The position numbers were made by a program, and so were the translations under genes. This document shows positions 19,259 through 29,095 of a stretch of 64,000 nucleotides of DNA, one piece after another (position 1 is the stretch's first letter; every line of letters begins with the position of its first letter). Under the pieces are notes generated by a model, which was not told the DNA's origin, did not search any database, and was given only the letters and a program-made list of their open reading frames with translations. This stretch comes from an uncultured candidate division Zixibacteria bacterium (GTDB taxonomy: Bacteria > Zixibacteria > MSB-5A5 > UBA10806 > 4484-95). Location of the stretch: positions 96,001-160,000 of the forward strand of contig CAXXKA010000001.1 of assembly GCA_963668625.2 (NCBI GenBank). The letters are read 5' to 3'.

Positions 19259-20718
19259 TCGATTTGTTTATAATCTAAAATTTCCACCCGTAAAGTTGTC
19301 ATACTTCCCATAATAGCTGTTGCTTGTTTATCGAGGCTTCCGCTTGCCAGCATGATATGGGCGGCATCGGCGATATCCTCACCCCAGGTGGGATCCATCT
19401 GAATCCACTCGCCGATATAGACCTCTACCCAGGCGTGATAACCGAATCCCTCCAGGTACGGCGCATAAGCCACTCCGGCGGCAATACGGGCCGGTATTCC
19501 TGCAGCTCGCAGCAGGGCAACAGTCAAGGCGGCATGCTCGCCGCAATCACCACGTTTCAGCTTTAATGTCTGTACTGCATTGGAAATATCGGGTGAAAAT
19601 TGCTTGTTGATATTACTATATACCCAGCGATTGATCTTGCAGGCGGCCGCGAATCCGGTGCTTTTATCCTGAAGTATTTCATCCGCCAGCGAGACTATCT
19701 CCTCGGCGTCAGACTGAATCAGATGATCGCTGTCGAGATATCGTGTCAATTCTTTCGGGATTGCAGGCATATTATTATCGGTCGGATCGAATTTATCGAT
19801 TGGACTAATGACCGTGATTTTAAATGTATCGTTTTGGGATGGTTCGATTTTTGTCCATTTGTTTTCAGGCAAAAACTCGCTGTTATAACCACTTATTCTG
19901 TATTTCGCCTCGGTCACGAGTTTGGGATCGGCAGGTCCGCTTGGTGTTTTGATAATGCTAGCGGCTAGAATGTCATATCCTTCGTTAATATCTTTTGCGA
20001 CAGACTCCGACTCGAGTTTCATTACTATCCCCATGGAGGGATATTCCTGATAAATCAGATTCCCGTTCATATCTATCGAGTTTTTTCCGCCTATATGCAT
20101 GGAGGGAATACTGTCGATGAACGTATAAACCTCGGTTGGAACGCCAAAGAGCGGTATGGTTTCCTTTCCGGTGAGAGTTGCTATATGCTTGATTCTATCA
20201 AGAATGCTGGGATCGAATACGAAAACCTCCTGCTCGATTTTATCGCCGTTGGCTAATTCCCCGTCATGTGCCCTCATTTGTAAGGTCAAATAATCGTCCA
20301 ATGATTCCGGAGGATAGTCAAGTACTTGATTTTGTTTGTTGCCCATGATATCGATCTCGAACGAGTAATTCTCGGTTCCCTGTTTACCGTTAATTATGAT
20401 GGATCCAAGACCGCTTTCGGAGATATATTTATTAGCCACGATCTCAGCTTTATCTCCATTATAAATTCGGGATTCAATCGATTTAAGCTCGATATCGCCC
20501 TGTCCGGTATTCAATTTCATCAACAATTCCGTCTCATATTGCCAGCTTTGATCTCCGGTTCTATCGATTGAGATTTTAGCGTAACCCATTTTCATATCCT
20601 GCATATAGATTCCGTACCATAAAGTCCCCAGGAATGGATCGAACCTGTCGGGTGAAAGATCGGCAAATGATATGGAGCATAACGATAACAATATTATAAG
20701 AATAATAGCTTTCTTCAT
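19255..20718 (-). CDS. Secreted transglutaminase-like domain protein
   Basis: Start MKKAII after AGGGAGG SD; GDCGEHA, YHAWVEVY, MDPTW (Cys-His-Asp triad). Confidence 0.85.
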   Translation of the reverse strand: MKKAIILIILLSLCSISFADLSPDRFDPFLGTLWYGIYMQDMKMGYAKISIDRTGDQSWQYETELLMKLNTGQGDIELKSIESRIYNGDKAEIVANKYISESGLGSIIINGKQGTENYSFEIDIMGNKQNQVLDYPPESLDDYLTLQMRAHDGELANGDKIEQEVFVFDPSILDRIKHIATLTGKETIPLFGVPTEVYTFIDSIPSMHIGGKNSIDMNGNLIYQEYPSMGIVMKLESESVAKDINEGYDILAASIIKTPSGPADPKLVTEAKYRISGYNSEFLPENKWTKIEPSQNDTFKITVISPIDKFDPTDNNMPAIPKELTRYLDSDHLIQSDAEEIVSLADEILQDKSTGFAAACKINRWVYSNINKQFSPDISNAVQTLKLKRGDCGEHAALTVALLRAAGIPARIAAGVAYAPYLEGFGYHAWVEVYIGEWIQMDPTWGEDIADAAHIMLASGSLDKQATAIMGSMTTLRVEILDYKQID

Positions 20719-20792
20719 AGAACCCTCCCTTAAATATAAAGGCCACCCAATCAGTGAATTCGATCGGATGGCCTTTGAAATTCTTCGTTTAT

Positions 20793-21776
20793 TCAATTCA
20801 TCGATTTTAGCTTTTCGGTTAACGCCGGTACGAACTCGAACAGGTCGCCGACTATACCATAGGTAGCCACCTTGAATATCGGCGCTTCCTCATCACGGTT
20901 GATAGCCACGATGACTTTCGAGGATTGCATCCCCACCAGATGTTGGATCGCGCCGGAGATACCGCAGGCTACGTAGAGCTTGGGATTGACTGTCTTACCG
21001 GTCTGTCCGACCTGATGGGCATATGGTATCCAGCCGGCATCGACTGTAGCCCGCGAAGCGCCGACCGCCGCATCCAGGGTATCTGCCAACTCGTTGATCA
21101 GCTTGAAATTTTCGGGTTCGCGTAAACCTCTGCCTCCGGATACTATGATGTCGGCATCGGTTAAGCTGACGGTTTGTCCACCCTCGGAAACTTTCTCGAT
21201 CACTTTCGCCCTTGAGCCATGTTTCGAGCCGTCATAGTCTATACTTTCGGTATTGCCCGTGCGGCCATCATCCGGGGAGGCATCGGCAAATGCTTTGGAG
21301 CGAATAGTAGCTATCTGTGGCCCCTCGCCAGCGGGGGTGACTTTTAGAATTGCTTTTCCGCCGTAAGCTGGACGGGTAGCCAGTATGTTATCGCCATCCC
21401 ATTCCAGAGCGGTGATATCGGGAGCGAGGCCGGATTTTAATATGGCAGCCAGACGGGGGAACAACTCTTTGCCGAAAAAGCTAGCGCCGCCTAAGATAAC
21501 TCTGGGAGAATCTTTAGCTACGACATCAGCGGCTATTTTAGCATAGCTCTCATCGATGAAATGTTCGACCTCGGTCGAGTCGCAGGAGTAAACCGTATCC
21601 GCGCCCAGTTTTATCAACTGCTCGGCGGCGGCGGCGATATCCTTGCCGATTACCAGACCCGTTACCTGCATGCCTTTTTCATCAGCCATTTTGCGTGAGA
21701 TACCAACAACCTGTTTGCTTATGGGAGCCAGTTCGGAGCCTTTTAGTTCTGCTATAAATAGAATGCCGTTGGCCAT
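20793..21776 (-). CDS. etfA: Electron transfer flavoprotein alpha subunit
   Basis: [39 protein letters not shown]. Confidence 0.95.
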   Translation of the reverse strand: MANGILFIAELKGSELAPISKQVVGISRKMADEKGMQVTGLVIGKDIAAAAEQLIKLGADTVYSCDSTEVEHFIDESYAKIAADVVAKDSPRVILGGASFFGKELFPRLAAILKSGLAPDITALEWDGDNILATRPAYGGKAILKVTPAGEGPQIATIRSKAFADASPDDGRTGNTESIDYDGSKHGSRAKVIEKVSEGGQTVSLTDADIIVSGGRGLREPENFKLINELADTLDAAVGASRATVDAGWIPYAHQVGQTGKTVNPKLYVACGISGAIQHLVGMQSSKVIVAINRDEEAPIFKVATYGIVGDLFEFVPALTEKLKSMN

Positions 21777-22940
21777 TTATTTCTCCTTTCTCAGAGTCGA
21801 GATTATTTCAAAATAGATATCATCGAATGAACTACCCGATAACGCGGCGGCCTCGGCCACATTATCATATTCCGGGAAATATAACACCTTGCCCTCATAG
21901 GATGCAAGTTTTACGCTGAATTCTCCGTATTTAGTCGGGACGATAATTTCTTTGCGCGGAAGAATATTACGCTTTACTCGACCTTTCCTGATACCCAGTG
22001 TAACTCCCGAGCTGAAAATGATATCGGTTATTTTAGATTCGCGTTCATCATCGCAAATAACCGAAAGCATCTGGCCGGGGCGATTTTTTTTCATTTGTAT
22101 GGGAGTGATAAAAACATCCAGCGCCCCCGCTTTAAGAAGTCTATCCATCAGGTAACCGATATGCTCCGGGGAGGTTCTATCGAGATTGGTTTCGAGCAGG
22201 TTGATCTCATCACTTTCTATATCTTCAATGGTATTTCCGATTATCAGCCGCAGTAAATTCGGCAGCTTATCGAATTCACGAGTACCCGAGCCGTAGCCTG
22301 AGTTTTCCGGCATGTAAGATGGCACCGGTGAGAAATCAGCCATCGTGGTCAGTATAGCCGCGCCGGTGGGGGTGAGTATCTCCTGCGTGATCTCGGTTTG
22401 TTTGACCGGGAAGCCTTTTATCAACTCCGCAGTAGCCGGGGCAGGTACAGGCATCACGCCATGCTGAGTGTTTACCGTGCCACTGCCGATTGTCAGGGGA
22501 GAGCAATATATTTTCTCGATACCCAGCATATCGAATGCGATAGCCGCGCCACAGATATCGATTATGGCATCGACCATACCTACCTCGTGAAAATGCACGG
22601 TCTCGACTGTCTCGCCATGAACTTTGGCCTCGGCAATGGCCAGCTTACCGAATATCTTTTTAGCGTTGGCCTTTACATTATCTTTTAATCCTGAGTCATC
22701 TATTATTTTCTCGATATCAGCTAATCCTCTATGGGAATGTGTCTCCTCGATTTCGATATTCAGGTAGGTTGCCGCCAGATGGCTTCGCGTGACCTTCTTT
22801 TCCTCTATCGAGTAACCTTTCAGGGGAATTTTTGCCAGCTCCGCTTTTAGACTATCCAGAGACAGCCCGCTATCTACCAGCGAGGCTAAGATCATATCAC
22901 CGGCGGCGCCGCAGATTAAATTGAAATATGCTATTTTCAT
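21777..22940 (-). CDS. larC: Nickel pincer cofactor biosynthesis protein LarC
   Basis: GAAGDM, AEAKVHG, HFHEVG, PVPAPAT, TPTGAA, ETNLD, MKKNRPG, PEYD. Confidence 0.93.
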   Translation of the reverse strand: MKIAYFNLICGAAGDMILASLVDSGLSLDSLKAELAKIPLKGYSIEEKKVTRSHLAATYLNIEIEETHSHRGLADIEKIIDDSGLKDNVKANAKKIFGKLAIAEAKVHGETVETVHFHEVGMVDAIIDICGAAIAFDMLGIEKIYCSPLTIGSGTVNTQHGVMPVPAPATAELIKGFPVKQTEITQEILTPTGAAILTTMADFSPVPSYMPENSGYGSGTREFDKLPNLLRLIIGNTIEDIESDEINLLETNLDRTSPEHIGYLMDRLLKAGALDVFITPIQMKKNRPGQMLSVICDDERESKITDIIFSSGVTLGIRKGRVKRNILPRKEIIVPTKYGEFSVKLASYEGKVLYFPEYDNVAEAAALSGSSFDDIYFEIISTLRKEK

Positions 22941-23707
22941 TTATCATCCTTTTTACTTCTAAGCCTCAATATGGCATTGGCCGCACAGGCGGCTCCGAAA
23001 CCGTTATCGATATTGACGACCGTAACACCCGGTACGCATGAGTTGAGCATCGAGAGAAGCGCCGATACGCCTTTGAACGAGGCTCCATAACCGACTGATG
23101 TAGGAACCGCTATCACCGGCTTATCGACCAGCCCGCCGACTACCGAGGCCAGCGCACCCTCCATACCGGCCACCACGATTAACACATCCGCCTCCTCGAA
23201 CGCCGATTTATACGCCAGCAAGCGATGGACACCCGCCACGCCAACATCGAACACCCGCTTTACCGAATATCCCGCCACCTCGGCTGTTATTGCGGCTTCC
23301 TCGGCCACTGGAATATCGGAGGTTCCGGCAGAGATAACAAGTACGGATCCATCCCGATTTAGCTTTTTACCGCTATTTGGGATATGAATTATCCGGGCAT
23401 CGGGATTGAATGTTGCAGATTGAAACTTGCTCTTGACAAGCTGATAAGCTTTTTTCTCGGTTCTACTGATTAGTACATCTGCGCCTTTTTTATTCATCAT
23501 ACCGGCGATTTTAACTATTTGCTCATCGGTTTTTCCGGGCGCGTAGATCACCTCGGGCATACCGGTGCGCAACGTTCTATGATGGTCTATTTTGGCGAAA
23601 CCGGCATCCTCGAACGGCAGATCTTTTAATGTCTTGAAAGCCTGCTCGGGATCAGTTTTTCCCGAGGCTACTTCCTGCAATAGTTTCTTTATATTCTTCG
23701 GTTCCAT
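22937..23707 (-). CDS. larB: Nickel pincer cofactor biosynthesis protein LarB
   Basis: AGTSDIPVAEEA, DVGVAGVHRL, AGMEGAL, PTSVGYG, VNIDNGFGA. Confidence 0.95.
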   Translation of the reverse strand: MEPKNIKKLLQEVASGKTDPEQAFKTLKDLPFEDAGFAKIDHHRTLRTGMPEVIYAPGKTDEQIVKIAGMMNKKGADVLISRTEKKAYQLVKSKFQSATFNPDARIIHIPNSGKKLNRDGSVLVISAGTSDIPVAEEAAITAEVAGYSVKRVFDVGVAGVHRLLAYKSAFEEADVLIVVAGMEGALASVVGGLVDKPVIAVPTSVGYGASFKGVSALLSMLNSCVPGVTVVNIDNGFGAACAANAILRLRSKKDDK

Positions 23708-24677
23708 AACCTTTCTCTATCAACTCCAGCTTAAAGTTATTCAAAAGCTTTATCACCTCATCCTCGGCTGGTAATTGTACCAGTGTCGATCTGATACTAC
23801 CAACTCCGGGCAGCCCTCGAAGGTACCAGCATAGTTGATTTCTCATACGAACAAGGCCGTTATAAGGTCCGAATTTTTCTATGGATAAACGCAGATGCTC
23901 CAGCGCGGTTTCTATACGCGTATCGATGGTTGGCATGCTGGGTAGCACGCCCGTTTCGAGATAATGCTTGGTGCGCTGGAAAATCCAGGGATTACCGAAG
24001 GATGCCCGGCATATCATTACCGAATCGCAGCCGGTTTGCTCGAACATCTCTTTAGCTTTCTCCGGGCTGTCAATATCGCCGGAGCCGATTACCGGTACCT
24101 CGACCGCCTCTTTTACCAGCGCGATATGCTCCCAGTTGGATTTACCGGCAAACCCCTGCGTACGGGTTCGCGGGTGAAGGCATAAGCCGGCAATACCGAG
24201 GCTTTCGGCCATGCGAGCTACCTCGACCGCCACTATCGAATTTTCATCCCAACCGGAACGGTATTTCATCGTGACCGGCAGTTCGGTGGCTTTAACGACG
24301 CTGCTTATTATCTCCGCCAGTTTATCCAAATCTTTCAATAACGAGGAGCCTCCGTTTTTGCCTACCACTTTTCTAGCCGGGCAGCCACAATTAATATCGA
24401 TAAAATCCGGATTTAGCTTCGAGGCGGCCTCAGCAGCATTGGCCATGGAGTCGGGCCTGGCGCCGAAAAGCTGTATTCCAAATGGTCGCTCGGATTCCTC
24501 GAAAGCCATTAAGGCGTTGGTTTTTGGGCAGTTACGTATCAAGCCCTCGGCAGAAATCAATTCGCTCACGCAGGCATCGGCACCCCATTTTCGGGCTATT
24601 TGACGAGTGATTGAATCTGTAACGCCTGCCGCTGGAGCCAGCATTACCCATTTATATACTTTAAAGTTTACACGCAT
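23652..24677 (-). CDS. dusB: tRNA-dihydrouridine synthase DusB
   Basis: LAP.AGVTD, IQLFG, DINCGCP, HPRT, GSGDI, GNPWIF. Confidence 0.92.
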   Translation of the reverse strand: MRVNFKVYKWVMLAPAAGVTDSITRQIARKWGADACVSELISAEGLIRNCPKTNALMAFEESERPFGIQLFGARPDSMANAAEAASKLNPDFIDINCGCPARKVVGKNGGSSLLKDLDKLAEIISSVVKATELPVTMKYRSGWDENSIVAVEVARMAESLGIAGLCLHPRTRTQGFAGKSNWEHIALVKEAVEVPVIGSGDIDSPEKAKEMFEQTGCDSVMICRASFGNPWIFQRTKHYLETGVLPSMPTIDTRIETALEHLRLSIEKFGPYNGLVRMRNQLCWYLRGLPGVGSIRSTLVQLPAEDEVIKLLNNFKLELIEKGYGTEEYKETIAGSSLGKN

Positions 24678-24769
24678 GTTACCGAAAATATAACTGAAAT
24701 AGATTCAAGGCAAGATAAATTGACTTTTGAGAAAAGTATGATTTCCCTAATCGCCCGAAGGGGGAGTGT

Positions 24770-25465
24770 ATGCCGGAGATTGTAATAAAATATGAGGATA
24801 AAACCCTCGAAAAATTTATTACCGAAAAGAAACGGATAACCGTCGGCCGTACGGCCGATAACGATATAGTTTTGGAGAACAGGGCAATTTCCCGTCGCCA
24901 CGCTATTATCGAATTTGGAGAACAAAACGCCATTATCATGGATAATGAGTCTTTGAATGGAACCTTTGTTAACGCTCGTAAAGTTACAGAGGAGATATTA
25001 AAAGATAACGACACGATCACGATTGGAAAATATAATCTTATTTTCCACACCGAGGCAAAGAAGGATAACTCGCTTGTCGGTATGGATGGAACCATGGTGC
25101 TCCAGACCAAGAGACAAAAAGAGCTGATAGCTAAAGATAAAATGGCAAAAGAGTTGACAACCGAAGCAGGTTGTTCTATTCTTCTTGGCGAAGTTGGCGC
25201 CGAGCAAGATCAATATCCTTTAGCGCATAATGTGATTACTATCGGCAAGTCAAAATTGGCTAATATTAAGGCTAAGGGTTGGTTTCTTTCCGGTATTCAA
25301 GCTAAAGTTGTAAAGGATGGCGATGATTTTTGGATAGTAAACCTGGGACGAAAAGGGATGTCAAAAGTCAACGGGGAAGACGTTGACAATTACATGTTGA
25401 AAAACGATGACATTCTCCAGGTGGGCAAGACTACCTTCAGATTTATAGAGAATAGAAGTACATGA
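24770..25465 (+). CDS. Tandem FHA-domain protein
   Basis: FHA1 GR...ISRRHA...SLNGTFVN; FHA2 degenerate (IGKS...LSGIQA...KVNG...LKNDDILQVG). Confidence 0.88.
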   Translation: MPEIVIKYEDKTLEKFITEKKRITVGRTADNDIVLENRAISRRHAIIEFGEQNAIIMDNESLNGTFVNARKVTEEILKDNDTITIGKYNLIFHTEAKKDNSLVGMDGTMVLQTKRQKELIAKDKMAKELTTEAGCSILLGEVGAEQDQYPLAHNVITIGKSKLANIKAKGWFLSGIQAKVVKDGDDFWIVNLGRKGMSKVNGEDVDNYMLKNDDILQVGKTTFRFIENRST

Positions 25466-26190
25466 GATACGCATTTTTTTCCGATGTTCATGCCAATCTC
25501 GAGGCATTAAAAGCGGTAATTCTCGATTTTCGCAAAGAGAAAATCGATCGTATTTTTTTCCTCGGGGATGCTGTTGGCTACGGTCCGAATCCCAACGAGT
25601 GCGTGCAACTGATCGATGAGATTGCCGAGGTGAAATTAATGGGCAATCACGATTACGCCGCGCTGGGTTTGATGGATACCGATTATTTCAACCAGTACGC
25701 CGTTGAATCTATCGACTGGACCAAGCATTCACTCGGTGAGAAGACGATCGAGATCATGAGCGATTTCGAAATCACGACAGAGGTGGATGATATATTCATG
25801 GCGCACTCCTCACCCAAAGAACCCGAGCGCTGGCATTACATTCTCGATATGGATGATGTTCGGGAGAATTTCAATTTCTTTAAAAGCAAAATTTGCCTGG
25901 TCGGCCATACGCATCGGCCGTTTATAGTTTCTCTCAACGAGGATGGCAATACTGTCATATCTCATAAACAGGAGGAGAAACTATATCCCGACAGGAAATA
26001 CCTGATGAATATCGGATCGGTAGGGCAGCCACGAGATGGCGACCCGCGTAGCGCTTACCTGATTATCGACAGCGATGAGCAGAAAGCTTTTTGCAAACGA
26101 GTGTCTTATGATTTGAATAACACACAAAAACAGATGGCTGAACATGGTTTGCCGGAATACCTTATAGAAAGATTGGCAGTAGGAAGATAG
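25462..26190 (+). CDS. Calcineurin-like metallophosphoesterase
   Basis: SDVHAN, LGDAVGYG, GNHD, GHTH, GSVGQPRDGDP; ATGA overlap with FHA gene. Confidence 0.9.
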   Translation: MRYAFFSDVHANLEALKAVILDFRKEKIDRIFFLGDAVGYGPNPNECVQLIDEIAEVKLMGNHDYAALGLMDTDYFNQYAVESIDWTKHSLGEKTIEIMSDFEITTEVDDIFMAHSSPKEPERWHYILDMDDVRENFNFFKSKICLVGHTHRPFIVSLNEDGNTVISHKQEEKLYPDRKYLMNIGSVGQPRDGDPRSAYLIIDSDEQKAFCKRVSYDLNNTQKQMAEHGLPEYLIERLAVGR

Positions 26191-26191
26191 T

Positions 26192-26347
26192 ATGTCGAAA
26201 GAGCAAAAAGAGGTTGGATTCAGGCTGGTAATGTTTATCGCTGCTTTGGCCGTGATGATATTAATGGCGGGTTTCGGTTTCACCTCGGATGAGGAACAAA
26301 ATACGGCAACCAACCTGGATGATATAAGTATTTCGATAAACCAGTAG
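26192..26347 (+). CDS. Small single-TM/exported peptide (51 aa, absent from ORF track)
   Basis: ATG 1 nt after upstream stop, AGGA upstream; MSKEQKEVGFRLVMFIAALAVMILMAGFGFTSDEEQNTATNLDDISISINQ*. Confidence 0.55.
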   Translation: MSKEQKEVGFRLVMFIAALAVMILMAGFGFTSDEEQNTATNLDDISISINQ

Positions 26348-26841
26348 CCCTATTTTCGCGATTCAAAGTACCTATATTCATTTTCAAGCTTCATATAATT
26401 ATTGTTGAGCTGTAATTAATCTTTCAATCATTCCTACCCCCATCGGGGAATGAGGTGGAGGATTACCTTACCGGCAGGGTGAGTATTTTCGGAATACGGA
26501 TATGCCATTCATGACCGGCAACCAGGCCGATAGTACTGCCAATCTTTCTGATGGCGAATCTAGAGATCGAATTAATAATACAGGGAAAGTATATAAAAGG
26601 TATAATTAATCGATAGCTTTTAAGCCTTCTCCAATAACTGACAATAAAATATTTCCAATCAACCCATTGTGTTGTTAATTGTTACGTTTTTTTAACTTAG
26701 CTATCAAATTATCTTTAAAGCATTCTCAAGAAAGGTAAAGTTAGGGATAAACTATGCCGAATCATATACTATAATAAGACATTTGCGTTTGGTTTTTGGT
26801 TGTCAAATGAGGCCCGGTAAAGGGCTCGTGTAGGACTTCAA

Positions 26842-29094
26842 ATGGTAAAGAAATTTTCCGGATTCATTTTATATTTCCTGATAACGATACTGGTGGTTAC
26901 TATTTATCTGGACCAGCCGGATATATTAACCTCCTGGGAAATGACATTATACGATAAACTGTTCCAACTGCGCGGTAAACAGGACGTTTCCGATGACATA
27001 CTAATTGTCAGTATCGATGATATGTCTACTCAGGGCGAATATGCCTGGCCCTGGAACAGGGGACATCTGGCGCAACTGATCGAAAAAGTGTCGATGCAGA
27101 ATCCGCAGGCAATCTATGTGAACCTGCCGCTAAACGCCGATCCGGCGGCCGATGCCTCCGGCTTGACTGACTCTCTGGCGATGGTTATTGAAAACGCCGG
27201 TAATGTCATATTGCCATATCGTTTCTCGGCCTCGGAGTATAATGACGCTGGTTTCACGTTACCCGATTATATCGAAAAGAACAGATATAGCAATTTCAAT
27301 GATTTAGAAGAAATGGGTGTGATGCCAATACCTTCCGCAACTACTATCTATTCACCTGCTCTTAAACTCGCGGAATCGGCGGCGGCGTTTGGTTTCGCCG
27401 GTATGAGTTTCGATTCGGATCGCTATATACGTTCCGCCCCGATGATTCTTCGCTATGCAGGTGAGTATTTGCCCTCGGTACCATCGGTTATCGTTCAAAC
27501 ATATTATAAGACTTCACCATCTGATATTATCGTCAATGTTAACGAAAGCATCGTGAACGGGAAGCGTATAATTCCAATCGATAATCACGGTCAGATGAGG
27601 ATTAATTTCAATGGACCATCCAGAACATTCAAATACATCTCTGCAATAGATGTCATAACCAATACTATAGGTAAAAAGGAACTCACCGGCAAGATCGCTA
27701 TCATAACATTTACCGGTACCGGCTCGGTCGATCTGTATTCCACGCCAACCTCGAAAGCCATGTTCGATGCCGAAATCGTTGCTAATAGCGTTGAAAATAT
27801 CATTCACAACCACTTCCTCGTTGACTATGGCTCGGCCAACCTTATTAACCTTCTGGTAATTATCGGTATGGGTATTTTTTCGGCGATCATATTACCGAGG
27901 ATATCGCTTCTGTTCAGGATGATCGTACTCGGGATATTTCTAATCGTGGCTGCAAATGTAAGTTTCGTGCTGTTCACGAATTTCGATATTATGACAAAAG
28001 TGTTTTATCCAATTATAATGACAATCTTCTTCATGGCTACCGCGCCTATGATGAAAATGCAAAAAGAGCAGGCCGGCGAGGATGATGAGGATATAGACTA
28101 CGATGCTCTTCTAGCCGGAACGCCGCTGAATGGTATCCAAACTAATATGAATGTCAACGCCATAGCCAACTCCAGTACCGGCGCCGGTCAAACCGTGATG
28201 GCACAGCCGCAAGCAACAGGCGCTCAATCCTCGGTAGCGACTATGCCGATTTCGACACAGCAAACGCAAGCCGGCGCACCGATTTCCAATTTCGGCAGAT
28301 ACAAGGTGTTGGAGCCGATAGGCCAGGGCGCGATGGGTATGGTTTATAAAGGACTCGATCCGGCTATCGACAGGCCGGTGGCTCTGAAAACCATCAGGCT
28401 GGATAATATCGTTAATTCCAACGAGATGTTCGAGTTGAAGGAACGACTGACTCGTGAGGCTAAAGCTGCCGGTCAGTTGTCGCATCCGAATATTGTTACT
28501 GTATATGATGTGGGTGAGGAACAATCGACTCAATATATTGCAATGGAGTTTTTGGAGGGTAAAACGCTCGAGTCGGTTATCGAGGAAAAACGCCAGTGGG
28601 ATTATAAGACGCTATGCAAGATGATAATCCAGGCCTGTGAGGCGCTCGATTTTGCGCATGAGCGAGGCATAGTCCATCGTGATGTTAAACCGGCTAATAT
28701 AATGATGCTGCCTGATGACCGTGTGAAAGTCATGGATTTCGGCATAGCCCGGCTCGATCAATCCAATATTACTCAATCGGGAGTTGCCCTGGGCACGCCG
28801 AATTATATTTCACCGGAACAGCTAAAAGGGCAGGGAGTAGATCGCCGCAGCGATATATTCAGTCTCGGCGTTGTTTTCTACGAAATGCTGACATTCCAGA
28901 AGCCATTCAAAGGCGATACGATATCAGCTTTGATCTACTCGATACTACATACGAATCCCGCGCCGCCATCCGAGATAAACATGGATGTGCCGCGAATATT
29001 CGATAAAATATCAGCCAAGTCGCTGGCCAAAGACCCTGATTTAAGATTCCAGACGGCGCGCGAGATGGCCGATATATTACGCAAATTAATCTGA
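26842..29094 (+). CDS. CHASE2-domain membrane Ser/Thr (Hanks) protein kinase
   Basis: CHASE2 (IVSIDD, WPW.R, DSDRYIR, INF.GP), 3 TM helices, GQGAMG.V, VALK, HRDVKPAN, DFG, GTPNYISPE. Confidence 0.93.
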   Translation: MVKKFSGFILYFLITILVVTIYLDQPDILTSWEMTLYDKLFQLRGKQDVSDDILIVSIDDMSTQGEYAWPWNRGHLAQLIEKVSMQNPQAIYVNLPLNADPAADASGLTDSLAMVIENAGNVILPYRFSASEYNDAGFTLPDYIEKNRYSNFNDLEEMGVMPIPSATTIYSPALKLAESAAAFGFAGMSFDSDRYIRSAPMILRYAGEYLPSVPSVIVQTYYKTSPSDIIVNVNESIVNGKRIIPIDNHGQMRINFNGPSRTFKYISAIDVITNTIGKKELTGKIAIITFTGTGSVDLYSTPTSKAMFDAEIVANSVENIIHNHFLVDYGSANLINLLVIIGMGIFSAIILPRISLLFRMIVLGIFLIVAANVSFVLFTNFDIMTKVFYPIIMTIFFMATAPMMKMQKEQAGEDDEDIDYDALLAGTPLNGIQTNMNVNAIANSSTGAGQTVMAQPQATGAQSSVATMPISTQQTQAGAPISNFGRYKVLEPIGQGAMGMVYKGLDPAIDRPVALKTIRLDNIVNSNEMFELKERLTREAKAAGQLSHPNIVTVYDVGEEQSTQYIAMEFLEGKTLESVIEEKRQWDYKTLCKMIIQACEALDFAHERGIVHRDVKPANIMMLPDDRVKVMDFGIARLDQSNITQSGVALGTPNYISPEQLKGQGVDRRSDIFSLGVVFYEMLTFQKPFKGDTISALIYSILHTNPAPPSEINMDVPRIFDKISAKSLAKDPDLRFQTAREMADILRKLI

Positions 29095-29095
29095 T

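Noticed and set aside
21777-22940. Programmed frameshift in larC as in Lactobacillus
   Set aside because: Single continuous ORF covers both domains
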